Shown piece by piece: positions 31,111 to 41,100 of a stretch of DNA of 64,000 nt. The translations under genes and the position numbers were made by a program. The number at the start of each line of letters is the position of its first letter. Positions within the stretch are counted from its first letter, which is position 1. The stretch covers positions 2,176,001 to 2,240,000 of the forward strand of contig OZ241892.1 in the NCBI GenBank assembly GCA_965203485.1. The letters are read 5' to 3'. A model generated the notes under the pieces. The model did not search any database and was not told the origin of the DNA. It worked only from the letters and a program-made list of their open reading frames with translations. The stretch is from Longimicrobiales bacterium. GTDB taxonomy: Bacteria; Gemmatimonadota; Gemmatimonadetes; Longimicrobiales; Gaopeijiaceae.

Positions 31111-31740
31111 AGGCGTTCCCACGCTCGAAGCCGGTCAAGTACCGGCGAGTTGTCGTGCTTCACCAGGATCGTTCGCGGCGACAGGTTGCGGTGGACCAAT
31201 CCCAGCTCGTCGGCCGTGGCTTCGTGAAGCTCCTGCACGGCGCAAATCGCCTGCCGAGCAAAGTCGATGCGTTCCGCGGCGACCCACGAGTCGTCGCGGC
31301 TCCTTTCCTCGATGGACGGAACCCCAGGATCGACCACCGTGAAGAACTTCATTTCGCCCGTGTGCCCCGGCACGTCCTGTAACGAATCCAGGACTCGGGG
31401 CGCCCACCCGAAGCGCGACAGATGGATGTGAAGAGCGTCGTGTTCGTGCCGGGCAACCTCCTCCGCACTTCTTGCCATGTCCGCGGAGAGGTCGTACAGG
31501 TGCAGGAACACCCGGTCCTTTCGTGACGCGTGCGTGCCCCTGTAGATGCGGCGAAAGCGTTCCTCTTCAGCTGTTTGGAGCTCGAGGTTCACGTAGCCGG
31601 CCAGCCTTCGCAACGGAAGGACGCCGTCCACGGCGACGCTTGGAGCCAGCTCTTTGACCAGCCGCCTTACTTCTTGCGGCGACACCCCGGCGGACCGATC
31701 GCCACCATGTCGATCTCGTCGGACTGAAGCTGGTCCTCCG
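31110..31740 (-). pseudogene. Remnant of a NERD + Ser/Thr kinase-like protein
   Basis: QLQSDEIDMVAIGPPG (NERD-like), then a jump to LAGYVNLELQ...FLHLYDLS...LVHRNLSPRTILV...VLTGFER (kinase-like catalytic loop), then truncation. Confidence 0.65.
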
Positions 31741-32040
31741 CTACGCAAGCACCAAGCTTCCGGTGATGACCTCGGCGAGCGGGGAGCCGGCAAGGGCCAA
31801 CTGGTGCGGGCCATAGCGTCGACGTGGACTTCTGTTCATCAGCGAGGGCGAACGGCCTACCGTCGTAGCGATGGAAGCGAGCAGCGGCGTACGGCGTGAG
31901 ATTGCGGTGAACGGACTGGCCGCCGAGTTTACCGAAGCACTGCGCGAGAAGCACGTGGAGTGGCTGCATGCGCATAGCGGCCATTCGCCGGAGAGCGTCG
32001 ACTGGATGCTCGAAGACGCACCTCTGCCGGAAGATCCGGC

Positions 32041-33261
32041 TTAGCGAGCGTCCCGGAGGCGCCCCCGCACCACGTAGTCGAGTTCCAGGTCGTCGGTGGC
32101 CACCAACCAGATGCGATCTCCCCGCAGGAGGGGCGGACCGGCATCCACGTGGACGGGGAAGCCGGCCACCGCCGTGCCCTGGTAGGAGCCGTCCGCGGCG
32201 GACAGCACGTCGAACACCGACCGGCCGGAGTCGTCCGCCACCTTCACCCAGAGATTGCCGTCGCCCGGCAGGAACAGACCCTCGACGACGGGCTTGGCGT
32301 CGGGAATCTTCGACCAGTCGAAGTCCACGTCTTGCCCGACCTCCTCGATGAGGTCGGCAACTTCGGCCTCGCGCTCGGCGTCGGTCACCGGGACCGCCGC
32401 GCGGTCGCCGACAACGACGAACGCGGTGTCGCCGCCGGGGGTCCACTTGCGGATCCGGTACTCAGGAACTCCGCCCTCCGCCTGCCATATCGTTCCCGCC
32501 GGGTCGATCAGAAGGACCTCGTGCGCGTAGAACGGAACGCCGACGCAACCGCCTCCGCCGTCGGGATTCGTCCAACACCATGAACTGTCGGGGTCGTCCG
32601 ACGAGCCGTACGTGCCCATCGGCAACGTGTCCAGCGCCGTCATCGTCTCGTCGTAGACCACCAAGCGGCGCACGACGACGTCGGCGCTCCAGTCAAGATG
32701 CGGGCGAAAGACGCGGCCGTCCGCTCCCATCGCGCCTTGCCAGCGGAAGCTCCAGCCCGTCGTTCTGTAGGGATGGGACTCGACAAACCCGTCGTGCGCG
32801 TCGAAGACCGACATGCGTCCGTTGCGGCTGTCCGGCGCCCACAGCAGACCCTCGGGGTCCGTCATCAGTCCGTGAGCCTGCTGAAGTTCGCCCGGCCCCT
32901 CGCCCCGGCCGCCATGCGTCGCGACATGGGCGCCGCCGCCGTCGAAGACCCGAATCTCCTGGGCATGGTCGTCCAGCACAGCGAAGCCGCCCCCGTCCAG
33001 CATGGCCAACCCGAGGATTCTACTGAACCCGTCCGGGCCGCCGCCCTCGACCGAACCCACCCGGAACTCCTCGACAATCGTCCAGCGCGGCTCGGCGGCC
33101 GACGAGAACCTCACCTGCACCACGCCCGACGGCAACGTGTCCCGGGTGGTCGCGCCGCCCATCGGCACGTCCCCTTCGCCGCATCCGGCGACCACTGCCG
33201 CCACGCAACCGGCGCTGACTGCCACCACCATCGCGCGTCTCTTCCAGCTCGAGATCATCAT
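32041..33261 (-). CDS. 6-bladed beta-propeller lipoprotein
   Basis: Lipobox VAGC; EEFRVGSVEG, IRVFD...GGRGEGPGEL, C-terminal DDLELDYVVR. Confidence 0.8.
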   Translation of the reverse strand: MMISSWKRRAMVVAVSAGCVAAVVAGCGEGDVPMGGATTRDTLPSGVVQVRFSSAAEPRWTIVEEFRVGSVEGGGPDGFSRILGLAMLDGGGFAVLDDHAQEIRVFDGGGAHVATHGGRGEGPGELQQAHGLMTDPEGLLWAPDSRNGRMSVFDAHDGFVESHPYRTTGWSFRWQGAMGADGRVFRPHLDWSADVVVRRLVVYDETMTALDTLPMGTYGSSDDPDSSWCWTNPDGGGGCVGVPFYAHEVLLIDPAGTIWQAEGGVPEYRIRKWTPGGDTAFVVVGDRAAVPVTDAEREAEVADLIEEVGQDVDFDWSKIPDAKPVVEGLFLPGDGNLWVKVADDSGRSVFDVLSAADGSYQGTAVAGFPVHVDAGPPLLRGDRIWLVATDDLELDYVVRGRLRDAR

Positions 33262-33467
33262 GCTCTCGAAGATATCGAGTCCACGCTTGGCTGGGCAAGA
33301 TCAGCCGCTCTGCACGGCCGCCGGTCGCGCCTCGCCGCAAGCCGAGCGCAGGATTGGCTCCCACCGTCCGCCATGCGAAGTTGTTCTCCTGCGCCATGTC
33401 CGCCACGTCCGCCCGCCGAGATCCGCACGAGTCCAGCGAGACCGAGCAAGTCCACGAGGAGAAAAGC

Positions 33468-34991
33468 ATGCACGCGACGAAGACACGCAACAGCGCAACC
33501 CCGCTCACTGCTCGGCTTCGGCCGAGAAGCGCCCCCGTGCCCAGGCCACGACTCGCTCTGCCCATGCCCGCGACTGTCGCAGGCTGGGCGCTTTCCGCCG
33601 CCGCCCTCGCCCTATGGGGGATCTCGCCCACGCTAGCTGCCCCGGACCTTCAAGCCCAAGAATCGCCTGCCTCGGACGTGACCGTATTCGCCAACGTCAC
33701 CGTCCTGCCCATGACCTCGGCGGCGGCGCTGCCGGACCAGCACGTCGTGGTCCGCGACGGCGTCGTCACCTACGTCGGCCCGTCCGACGACATCCTCACG
33801 GCTCCCGCCGGCGCCGTCGTCGTCAGCGGAGAGGGCCGCTTTCTCATGCCCGGCTTGGCCGAGATGCACGCCCACGTCCCGCCCGGCGCCTCGTTTCCGA
33901 GCGAAGCGGTCAGCGACATCCTCTTCCTCTACGTGGCCAACGGCATCACCACGATCCGCGGAATGCTCGGCTCGCCCTATCAGGTTCCGCTGGCGAAGGC
34001 GCTCGCCAAGGACGAAGTCCAAGGCCCCAACTTCTACGTCGGCGCGCCCTCGCTTTCGGGCAGGACGGTGCGCTCGCCCGAAGACGCGGAACGGCTCGTC
34101 GAGGCGCACGCCGAGGCCGGCTATCACTTCCAGAAGATTCACCCCGGCGTGTCCCTCGCAGCCTGGGACCGCATGGTCGAGACGGCGCAGCGGCTTGGCG
34201 TCACCTTCGCCGGGCACGTCCCGGCCGACGTGGGGCTCGCGCACGCCATCGAGACGGGCATTTCCACCGTCGACCACCTCGACGGCTACGTGGACGCCGT
34301 TGCGCCCGCCGACGTGCAGGCGCAGGTCAACGCGGGCCGCATCCGGCTGGGCGGCCTCTTCAAGGGCATCGACGAGGCCAAGCTGGAAGAGATCGTGCGG
34401 CTGACCGTCCAGCGCGACGTCTACGTGGTGCCGACGATGTACCTCTGGGAGAACTTGTACGGCGCGCCGGACGTGGAGGCGATGCTGGCGCAGCCCGAGA
34501 TGAAGTACGTCTCGCGGAGGCAGCACGCGGCTTGGCGCAGGCAGGCTTCGGGAGGGCCCAGGGGGACGCCCGAGGAGGTGGCCGCCTATTTGGAGCTGCG
34601 CAAGCGCATTCTCAAGGCGCTGTCCGACGCGGGCGCGGGCATTCTGATGGGAACGGACTCGCCCCAGCTGTTCAACGTGCCCGGTTTCGCGCTGCAACGG
34701 GAGATCGCGATCATGGAGGACGCGGGCATGTCGAACTACGAGATACTTAAGAGCGGGACCGTGGCGGTCGCGCAGTACGTGGCCGACCATCTCGGGCTCG
34801 AAGGCGACTTCGGCACGGTCGAGGCCGGCCAGCGGGCGGACTTGGTGCTGCTGGAGGCCAATCCGCTGGAGGACTTGGCCAACCTGACCCAGCGCGCGGG
34901 CGTGATGATCCGGGGACGCTGGACGACCCGCGCCGAGATCGACGCCGGATTGGCGGCGCTGGCCGCGAAGCATGCGGGGAGCGACCGTTGA
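33468..34991 (+). CDS. Secreted amidohydrolase family protein
   Basis: GAGGAG SD before ATG 33468; LMPGLAEMHAH, NGITTIR, ILMGTD, GQRADLVLL. Confidence 0.88.
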   Translation: MHATKTRNSATPLTARLRPRSAPVPRPRLALPMPATVAGWALSAAALALWGISPTLAAPDLQAQESPASDVTVFANVTVLPMTSAAALPDQHVVVRDGVVTYVGPSDDILTAPAGAVVVSGEGRFLMPGLAEMHAHVPPGASFPSEAVSDILFLYVANGITTIRGMLGSPYQVPLAKALAKDEVQGPNFYVGAPSLSGRTVRSPEDAERLVEAHAEAGYHFQKIHPGVSLAAWDRMVETAQRLGVTFAGHVPADVGLAHAIETGISTVDHLDGYVDAVAPADVQAQVNAGRIRLGGLFKGIDEAKLEEIVRLTVQRDVYVVPTMYLWENLYGAPDVEAMLAQPEMKYVSRRQHAAWRRQASGGPRGTPEEVAAYLELRKRILKALSDAGAGILMGTDSPQLFNVPGFALQREIAIMEDAGMSNYEILKSGTVAVAQYVADHLGLEGDFGTVEAGQRADLVLLEANPLEDLANLTQRAGVMIRGRWTTRAEIDAGLAALAAKHAGSDR

Positions 34992-36433
34992 CGGCGTCCG
35001 GAAGGCCTGCCTGCGCTGGGACGGCGCTCGGCGCGCTGGCCGGGCTGCTCGCCGCGGCGGGATGCGCCGTTCCGAACCCGGCCCCCGATCCCTCCACGCC
35101 GATCTTGATCGACGGCGGCACCGTGGTGACGATGGACGAGGCGGGCGCCGTCCTCGAGGGCGGCGCCGTGCTGGTCGAAGGCGAGCGCATCGCGGCGGTC
35201 CTGGACGCGGCGGCCCCGCGCCCCCGGGGCGTCCGCCACATCGACGCGACCGGCCAGCTGGTGATCCCCGGACTCGTCAACGCGCACGGCCACGCGGCGA
35301 TGTCGCTGCTCCGCGGACTGGCCGACGACCTGCCGCTGATGACGTGGCTGGAACAGCACATCTTCCCCGTGGAGGCCGAGCTGGTCGCGCCGGACTTCGT
35401 GTACTGGGGGACGCTGCTGTCCGCCGTCGAGATGCTCAAGAGCGGCACCACGACGTTCGCGGACATGTACTACTTCCCCTTCGACGCGGCCCGCGCCGCG
35501 GAAGACGCCCACGTCCGCGCCGTCATGGGACCCGGCGTCATCGGCTTCCCCGCGCCCGACTTCGCGTCCCCGGAAGCCTCGCTGGCCGCCGCCCCGGAAT
35601 TCCTGGAGCGCTACGCCGGGCACCCTCTCGTCGTCCCGTCCGTGACGGCGCACGCACTCTACACCACGCCGCTCGACGCCGTCGCCGCCGCCGCCAGCTT
35701 GGCCCGCGAGCACGGCGCCGTCTTCCAGATCCACGCCGCCGAGGACGCCACCGAGGACGCCCAGTCGCGCGACGCCAACGGCATGGGCGTGGTCGAGGCC
35801 TTGCAGTCCGCCGGCGCGCTCCGGCCCGGCACGTTGCTGGCCCACGCCATCTACCTGTCGCCCGACGATCTCGCGGCGATCGCGGCCAGCGGGGCGGGCA
35901 TGGCGCACAACCCCCAGAGCAACATGAAGCTGGGGATTCCCCGCGCGGCGCCCGTGTCCGAGGCCCTCGCCGCCGGCATCCCGGTGGGACTCGGCACGGA
36001 CGGCCCCGCCAGCAACAACGACCTGGACCTCTTCGGCGAGATGGACGCCGCCGCCAAGCTGCACAAGTTCGCCACCGGCGACCCCGCCGTGCTGCCGGCC
36101 GAGACGGTCTTCCGCATGGCGACCATCGGCGGCGCCCGGGCGCTCGGCCTGCAAGACCGAATCGGCTCGCTGGAGCCCGGCAAGCTGGCCGACGTGGTGG
36201 CGCTGGACCCGCGCCGCGCCGGCCTCACGCCTCTCTACGCCGTCTACTCCCACCTCGTCTACGCCGCCGACGGCAGCGACGTGACCACCGTGCTCGTGGA
36301 CGGCCGCCTCGTCGTCCAGGACGGCCGCGTGCTGACCGTGGACGAAGAGGAAGTCATGCGCCGGGCCCGCAGCTTCGGCGACCGCATACGGCGAGTCGTG
36401 GAGCGGGTCGCGGCGGAGGCTCGGGCGCGCTAG
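34988..36433 (+). CDS. Amidohydrolase, MTA/SAH deaminase-like, with lipoprotein signal
   Basis: PGLVNAHGH, EMLKSGTTTFADMY, IHAAE, HNPQSNMKL, GTDGPASNNDLD. Confidence 0.88.
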   Translation: MTASGRPACAGTALGALAGLLAAAGCAVPNPAPDPSTPILIDGGTVVTMDEAGAVLEGGAVLVEGERIAAVLDAAAPRPRGVRHIDATGQLVIPGLVNAHGHAAMSLLRGLADDLPLMTWLEQHIFPVEAELVAPDFVYWGTLLSAVEMLKSGTTTFADMYYFPFDAARAAEDAHVRAVMGPGVIGFPAPDFASPEASLAAAPEFLERYAGHPLVVPSVTAHALYTTPLDAVAAAASLAREHGAVFQIHAAEDATEDAQSRDANGMGVVEALQSAGALRPGTLLAHAIYLSPDDLAAIAASGAGMAHNPQSNMKLGIPRAAPVSEALAAGIPVGLGTDGPASNNDLDLFGEMDAAAKLHKFATGDPAVLPAETVFRMATIGGARALGLQDRIGSLEPGKLADVVALDPRRAGLTPLYAVYSHLVYAADGSDVTTVLVDGRLVVQDGRVLTVDEEEVMRRARSFGDRIRRVVERVAAEARAR

Positions 36434-36504
36434 GCGGGCGATCTGCCCGGGCCGCGAACGCCGCCCGGCAACATCCGACGTGCGAGCGCCGATAGCAACC
36501 GGCA

Positions 36505-36620
36505 CGCAATATTTGATTTTCGTATACCAAATACAATGCAATGATTGAAAAATGTATACCAAAACAAAGACCGTCGAATAATCAAGCTGGAAACCGGACG
36601 CAATTTTCGCTACCTTAAGG
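36505..36620 (+). promoter_or_regulatory. AT-rich promoter region with direct repeat GTATACCAAA x2
   Basis: Copies at 36522-36531 and 36554-36563 in a strongly AT-rich patch upstream of the ATPase operon. Confidence 0.5.
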
Positions 36621-36784
36621 GTGCGGGGCCGTTTGCCACCGGCGATCAACCAAGGAGCATGGCCGTTCCGAAAGGCCGTGTCCGGCGGCCCCAGCCCGTG
36701 CGAGCCGCGCACGCCGCCCCCGCTCGCACGTTCGCACGTTCGCCCGGACGACCGCGGCACCCGCGGAGAGGACAGCTCGGAACG

Positions 36785-38191
36785 ATGGAAATCGGTGAGA
36801 TGCAACGACTGCTGGCCCTCGCGCCGTGGTGGGAGAAGCCGCGCACATGGGCGCTGGACGACCCGGACCTGCGCGAAGCCGACGCGGCGCCGTTCAGGTA
36901 CACCGCGGGCGTGCTGGACGATCTGGAACCCGGCGGCCTCCACCTCCTCCGTGGTCCCAGGCGGGTCGGGAAGACGGTCGAGGTCAAGAAGGCGATCTAT
37001 CGGCTCGTCGGCCGCGGCGAGGATCCTCGCCTGATCCTGCACCTGGCGGCCGATGGACTCGCGGCACGGGATCTGCGAACGATGGGCCGCGCGGCTGATG
37101 CGCTGACGCCGCCCGGGCGCCGCACGTGGTTCCTCGACGAAATCACCGCCATCGAAGACGGATGGCCGGCCGAGATCAAGTGGCTGCGGGACAACGACGC
37201 GCGGTTCCGCAACGACACGGTCGTCCTGACGGGGTCGTCGTCGGCCAACCTCGGCGAGTCGGTGAAGGCGTTGGCCGGCCGTCGCGGCTCCGTGGCCGAT
37301 CCCGACCGCGTGCTCTTGCCGATGTCGTTTCGCGCCTTCCTGGAGGCGACGCTCGACGAGCCGCCGCCCGACGACGCCGCGCCGCCGATGTCCGTCGCGG
37401 ACCTGGCCGTCGGCGGGGCGCTCGCCGACTTGTCCCGCAAGCTCGCCCCTTGGCTGGAAACGCTGGCCGCCGGCTGGAACCGGTACCTGTGCGTCGGGGG
37501 ATTTCCGCGCGTCGTGAACTGCCACGTTCGCGAAGCCCCCGGCCACCCCTTCCGCCGGGACCTCCTGGATGTCGTCCACGGAGAAGCCCTGCGCCGCGCC
37601 CAATGGTCCAAGGCCCAAACCGACGCCTTCATGAGACGCTTGGCGCGAGGTCTGGGCGCACCGGCCAACCACTCCGACATCGCCACGGACATGAACGCGT
37701 CCGCGACGCTCGTCCGAAGCCGAATCGAAGCCCTCCGCGACTGCTTCGTCGTCTGGCCTTGCCACCGAGAAGCAGACGAGAGGCCCCACCTGCGGGCGCA
37801 GGCGAAGGCGTACTTCGTCGATCCGGTCTTCACGCGGCTCACCCGAAGGCCCGAAGCCCACGTCGACATCGGCATTCTTTCCGAGCAACAGCTCGGGGTG
37901 GCGCTTCTGCGATCCTTCGCGAGAACGGAGCCCGGCGGCTTCCTGGACTTCGATCAGGTCCTGCACCACAGAACGCGCAGCCGCAAGGAGATCGACTTCG
38001 TCGGTCCCGGCTTCGGCGGCGTGGCCGTCGAATCCAAGTACGTGTCCGGACGCCGGTGGAGGCGGGTCCTTCCCACTCTCAAGGCATCGCGGTGGCACGG
38101 CATCGTCGCAACCCGAGATGCGCTGGACCTCGACGACATGGACGTGAAGGCGGCGCCCACCGGTCTTCTCGCTTGGCTGATTGGAGGATGA
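36785..38191 (+). CDS. AAA_14 ATPase with wHTH and DUF4143 (PD-(D/E)xK-like) C-terminus
   Basis: LRGPRRVGKT, WFLDEI, VLTGSS, LAGR, YLCVGGFP, KAYFVDP, EIDFV...VESKY. Confidence 0.85.
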   Translation: MEIGEMQRLLALAPWWEKPRTWALDDPDLREADAAPFRYTAGVLDDLEPGGLHLLRGPRRVGKTVEVKKAIYRLVGRGEDPRLILHLAADGLAARDLRTMGRAADALTPPGRRTWFLDEITAIEDGWPAEIKWLRDNDARFRNDTVVLTGSSSANLGESVKALAGRRGSVADPDRVLLPMSFRAFLEATLDEPPPDDAAPPMSVADLAVGGALADLSRKLAPWLETLAAGWNRYLCVGGFPRVVNCHVREAPGHPFRRDLLDVVHGEALRRAQWSKAQTDAFMRRLARGLGAPANHSDIATDMNASATLVRSRIEALRDCFVVWPCHREADERPHLRAQAKAYFVDPVFTRLTRRPEAHVDIGILSEQQLGVALLRSFARTEPGGFLDFDQVLHHRTRSRKEIDFVGPGFGGVAVESKYVSGRRWRRVLPTLKASRWHGIVATRDALDLDDMDVKAAPTGLLAWLIGG

Positions 38192-38192
38192 G

Positions 38193-41100
38193 ATGACGCG
38201 GGTCAAGGATCCGCTCTACCGGAAGATCGAAGAGAGTCTGGGCGGCTCCCTGGACCCTACCGTGTTCGAGGAGTGTGCCGTCGATCTGTTGCGGAGCGTC
38301 TATCCGGGCCTCGTGGGCGTCGGCGGCCCGCATGACCGCGGCATGGACGGCGCGATCAGCGCGCCAAGCGGGCCGGCGACGCTCCTGGTGTGCACCACGG
38401 GCCGCAACGTGACCGGCAATCTCACGAAGAGCCTTGAGGCACACTCGGAAGGCGGCGGAGCGAGCCGCGATGTGGTTGTGGCCACGTCTCGATTCCTGAC
38501 GCCCCAGCGGCGGCGGAACTTGGCAGGGCGTGCCGAGGCGCTCGGCTTCCAGCTGAAGAACGTCCACGACGGGAAAGACTTCTTGGACCGCCTCTACCGT
38601 AGCCCGCTGTGGCGGAAGGAGCTGCTGGGATTGCCGGGAGACCCGCCCGCCCTGTCGGCGTACCCGCGGCCATGGGTCCCGGAAGCCAAGATCCTTCTCG
38701 GGCGGGACGACGAGCTTCGCTGGCTCCTTGCGCAAGAGCAGGACTTGGTCCTCGTCGGCCCTCCGGGAATCGGCAAGACCGTCTTGCTGCAGGAGCTTGC
38801 CGAGAAGGGGCGGGGCCTGTTCGTGGCGACGAGCGACGAGGGCCGAATCGTGGACGCTTGGCGGGAAGCCAGGCCGCACTTCCTGTTGCTGCCCAATGTT
38901 CACTTGCAACCGGAACGGCTCTCGGCGCTGCTCTCGTTGCGCCGTGAACTGGGCATGGACTTTCGAATAGCGGGCACGGCTTGGCGGCGCCTCGGGGAGG
39001 AGCCTTGCGTGGAATGGCGGCCCGCGCCCAAGGAGAAGGCGATCGGCGGATTGCCTCGAGAGGCGACAGTGCAAGTCGTCTGGTCGGTCGGCATCGAGAA
39101 CAACGACATCGCCGCCGAGATACTGGACCAGAGCGAACACGACCGAGACCCCGACTACATCGGCCAAAGCGAGCACAAGCCCGGCTTGGCCGTCACCCTC
39201 GCGCTGCAAGTCGCAAAGGACGGCGCCGAGCAGCCGTTGCGCAACGGCGCCCTCGTGCTCCGCCACGTAGCGGCGTCGTGCAAGCTGGATGTCCCCGACC
39301 TCAACGTCTTGGGCGTCGCGGCGCTCGGGGGACGCAACGGCATGACGCTTGCGAACATCAGCAAGACGCTGAAGAAAGGCGAAGCCGATGTCCGAGACGT
39401 TCTGCGCCGGGTGTCCTCGGCGGGAATCCTTGCGGTCAGCCGATATCGCGACGGGACGGTGTCGGTCGTGCCCGAAGCGCTGCGAGACGCATTGATCGCC
39501 TCGACGTTCTTTGGGGGGGCGACCAGCCTTCCGGCCGAACCAGCGCTTGCGTTGGTGGACGACGCCACGAGCGCCACGGCCGCCCTCGTCAGCGCCTTGG
39601 GCCGCGGACTGCCCGTACCGCACAACATCGTTCGCAGTCGTCTCCCCCGCGATCCTCGCGACCGGTCTCACCGCGACCTCTGGAGCGAATACGCGTGGGT
39701 CGGCGGGAAAGACGCCGTGCGGTGGATTCTCTCCGAGGCGGACCGTCGCGGGCGCCTGGCCGCCATCGTTGCTCGGCCTGCACTTCAATTCTTGCCGCGG
39801 CGTGCCGTCGAGCGGTTGATTCCCCGACTCCCCGACGACGAGGTCCACGAGCCTGTCCGCGACTGGATGACAGAATGGGGCGCCAACGTCGTGCCGCGCC
39901 GTGGGTTGATTCTGGAAGAGATCGAGCGGCTTTCTCGCAAGGACGGCGATCCGGCGGCTCTGTCCCTGATGCCCTCAGCGTTTTCTTTGGAGTTGCGAAG
40001 CATGCATTGGAGCAAGCTCGCGCCCGGCAGGATCGACACGAGGATGGGCGTGTTGCCCTTGGACGAGGTCGTGGAACTGTTTGCATGGTGGCCGACGGCC
40101 CTTGACGTCCTGAAGCGCGCGGAGCACGGCGTCGCCCTGGCCCGGAACGTAGCCCAGCGCTGGTGCGCTCCACACGGTTGGCCCGCCGCCGACGCCCCGG
40201 ACTGGCGCCGATTTGTGCGCGAGTGCGCCGCAAGAATGATCTCGGACATAGTGACGCTGGCGGACGAGAGGCCGGGAATCGTGCTCTGGGCACACCGAAC
40301 GGCGAGCGAGGCACGCCTTGCCGTCACGTTGCCGCCGGTGGATCCGGAGATCGGCGATCTCTTTTCGCGCCCCGGGGCGCTCGCGACGCCGGAGACGAAG
40401 GCCGACGCGGCCGGCCGTCCCTCGGACCGGCAAATGACGGAGCGGAGAAAAGCCGCAGACCTGGCGCGAGCCAACGCGCATGACGGCGCCCGGGAATTGT
40501 TGCGCTTGGCCGAGGAAGGAAGGTTGGCCGACTGCTCGTCCGAACAACAGTTGCAGGACCTCGTCGAGAAGGTCGCGCAGGCAACGGAACGCCCGGCGGC
40601 ATGGGTGGAGGCGCTGGCCGAGCAGAGCGCGTATCCTGCGTGGGTCGCCTCGTTCGTCGACGTGGCCCTTGCCCGAGGCGGAGAAAACCAAAGCACGTGG
40701 AACAGCTTGTTGGCGAGCACGAAGTACGACGACGTCATCGTGTGGGCAGGCATCCGGCATGGCGACGTCCCCGAGCGCGTGGACGAGCGCCTTGTCGAAC
40801 GGCTGCACGAGGTCGAAGCGTTGCCGGGAGGGCATGACTGGAAAAACATGTCGGAAGCATGGAAGCTCCGCCTTCTCCGCGACGGACCCGAGAACGTCGC
40901 GACGACGGCCGCCCTGGCGATGTGGTGGACCGACGACCTGCCGGGCGCTTCCAGACGGCTCTTGTCTGCGTGGGTGGACGTGGCCGCCAGGAGCGACGAC
41001 GAGCGCCTGCTCGGCGAAGTGTTCTCGAGTCCGTCGCCAATCGCGCGACGCGTCGCCTGCGCCTGGTTTCTTGTTCCCCGGCCACATTCCATGATGGACG

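Noticed and set aside
31826..32044. Short + strand frame LLFISEGERPTVV...DAPLPEDPA
   Set aside because: Probably a fragment of another beta-propeller gene with no start; too weak to annotate.
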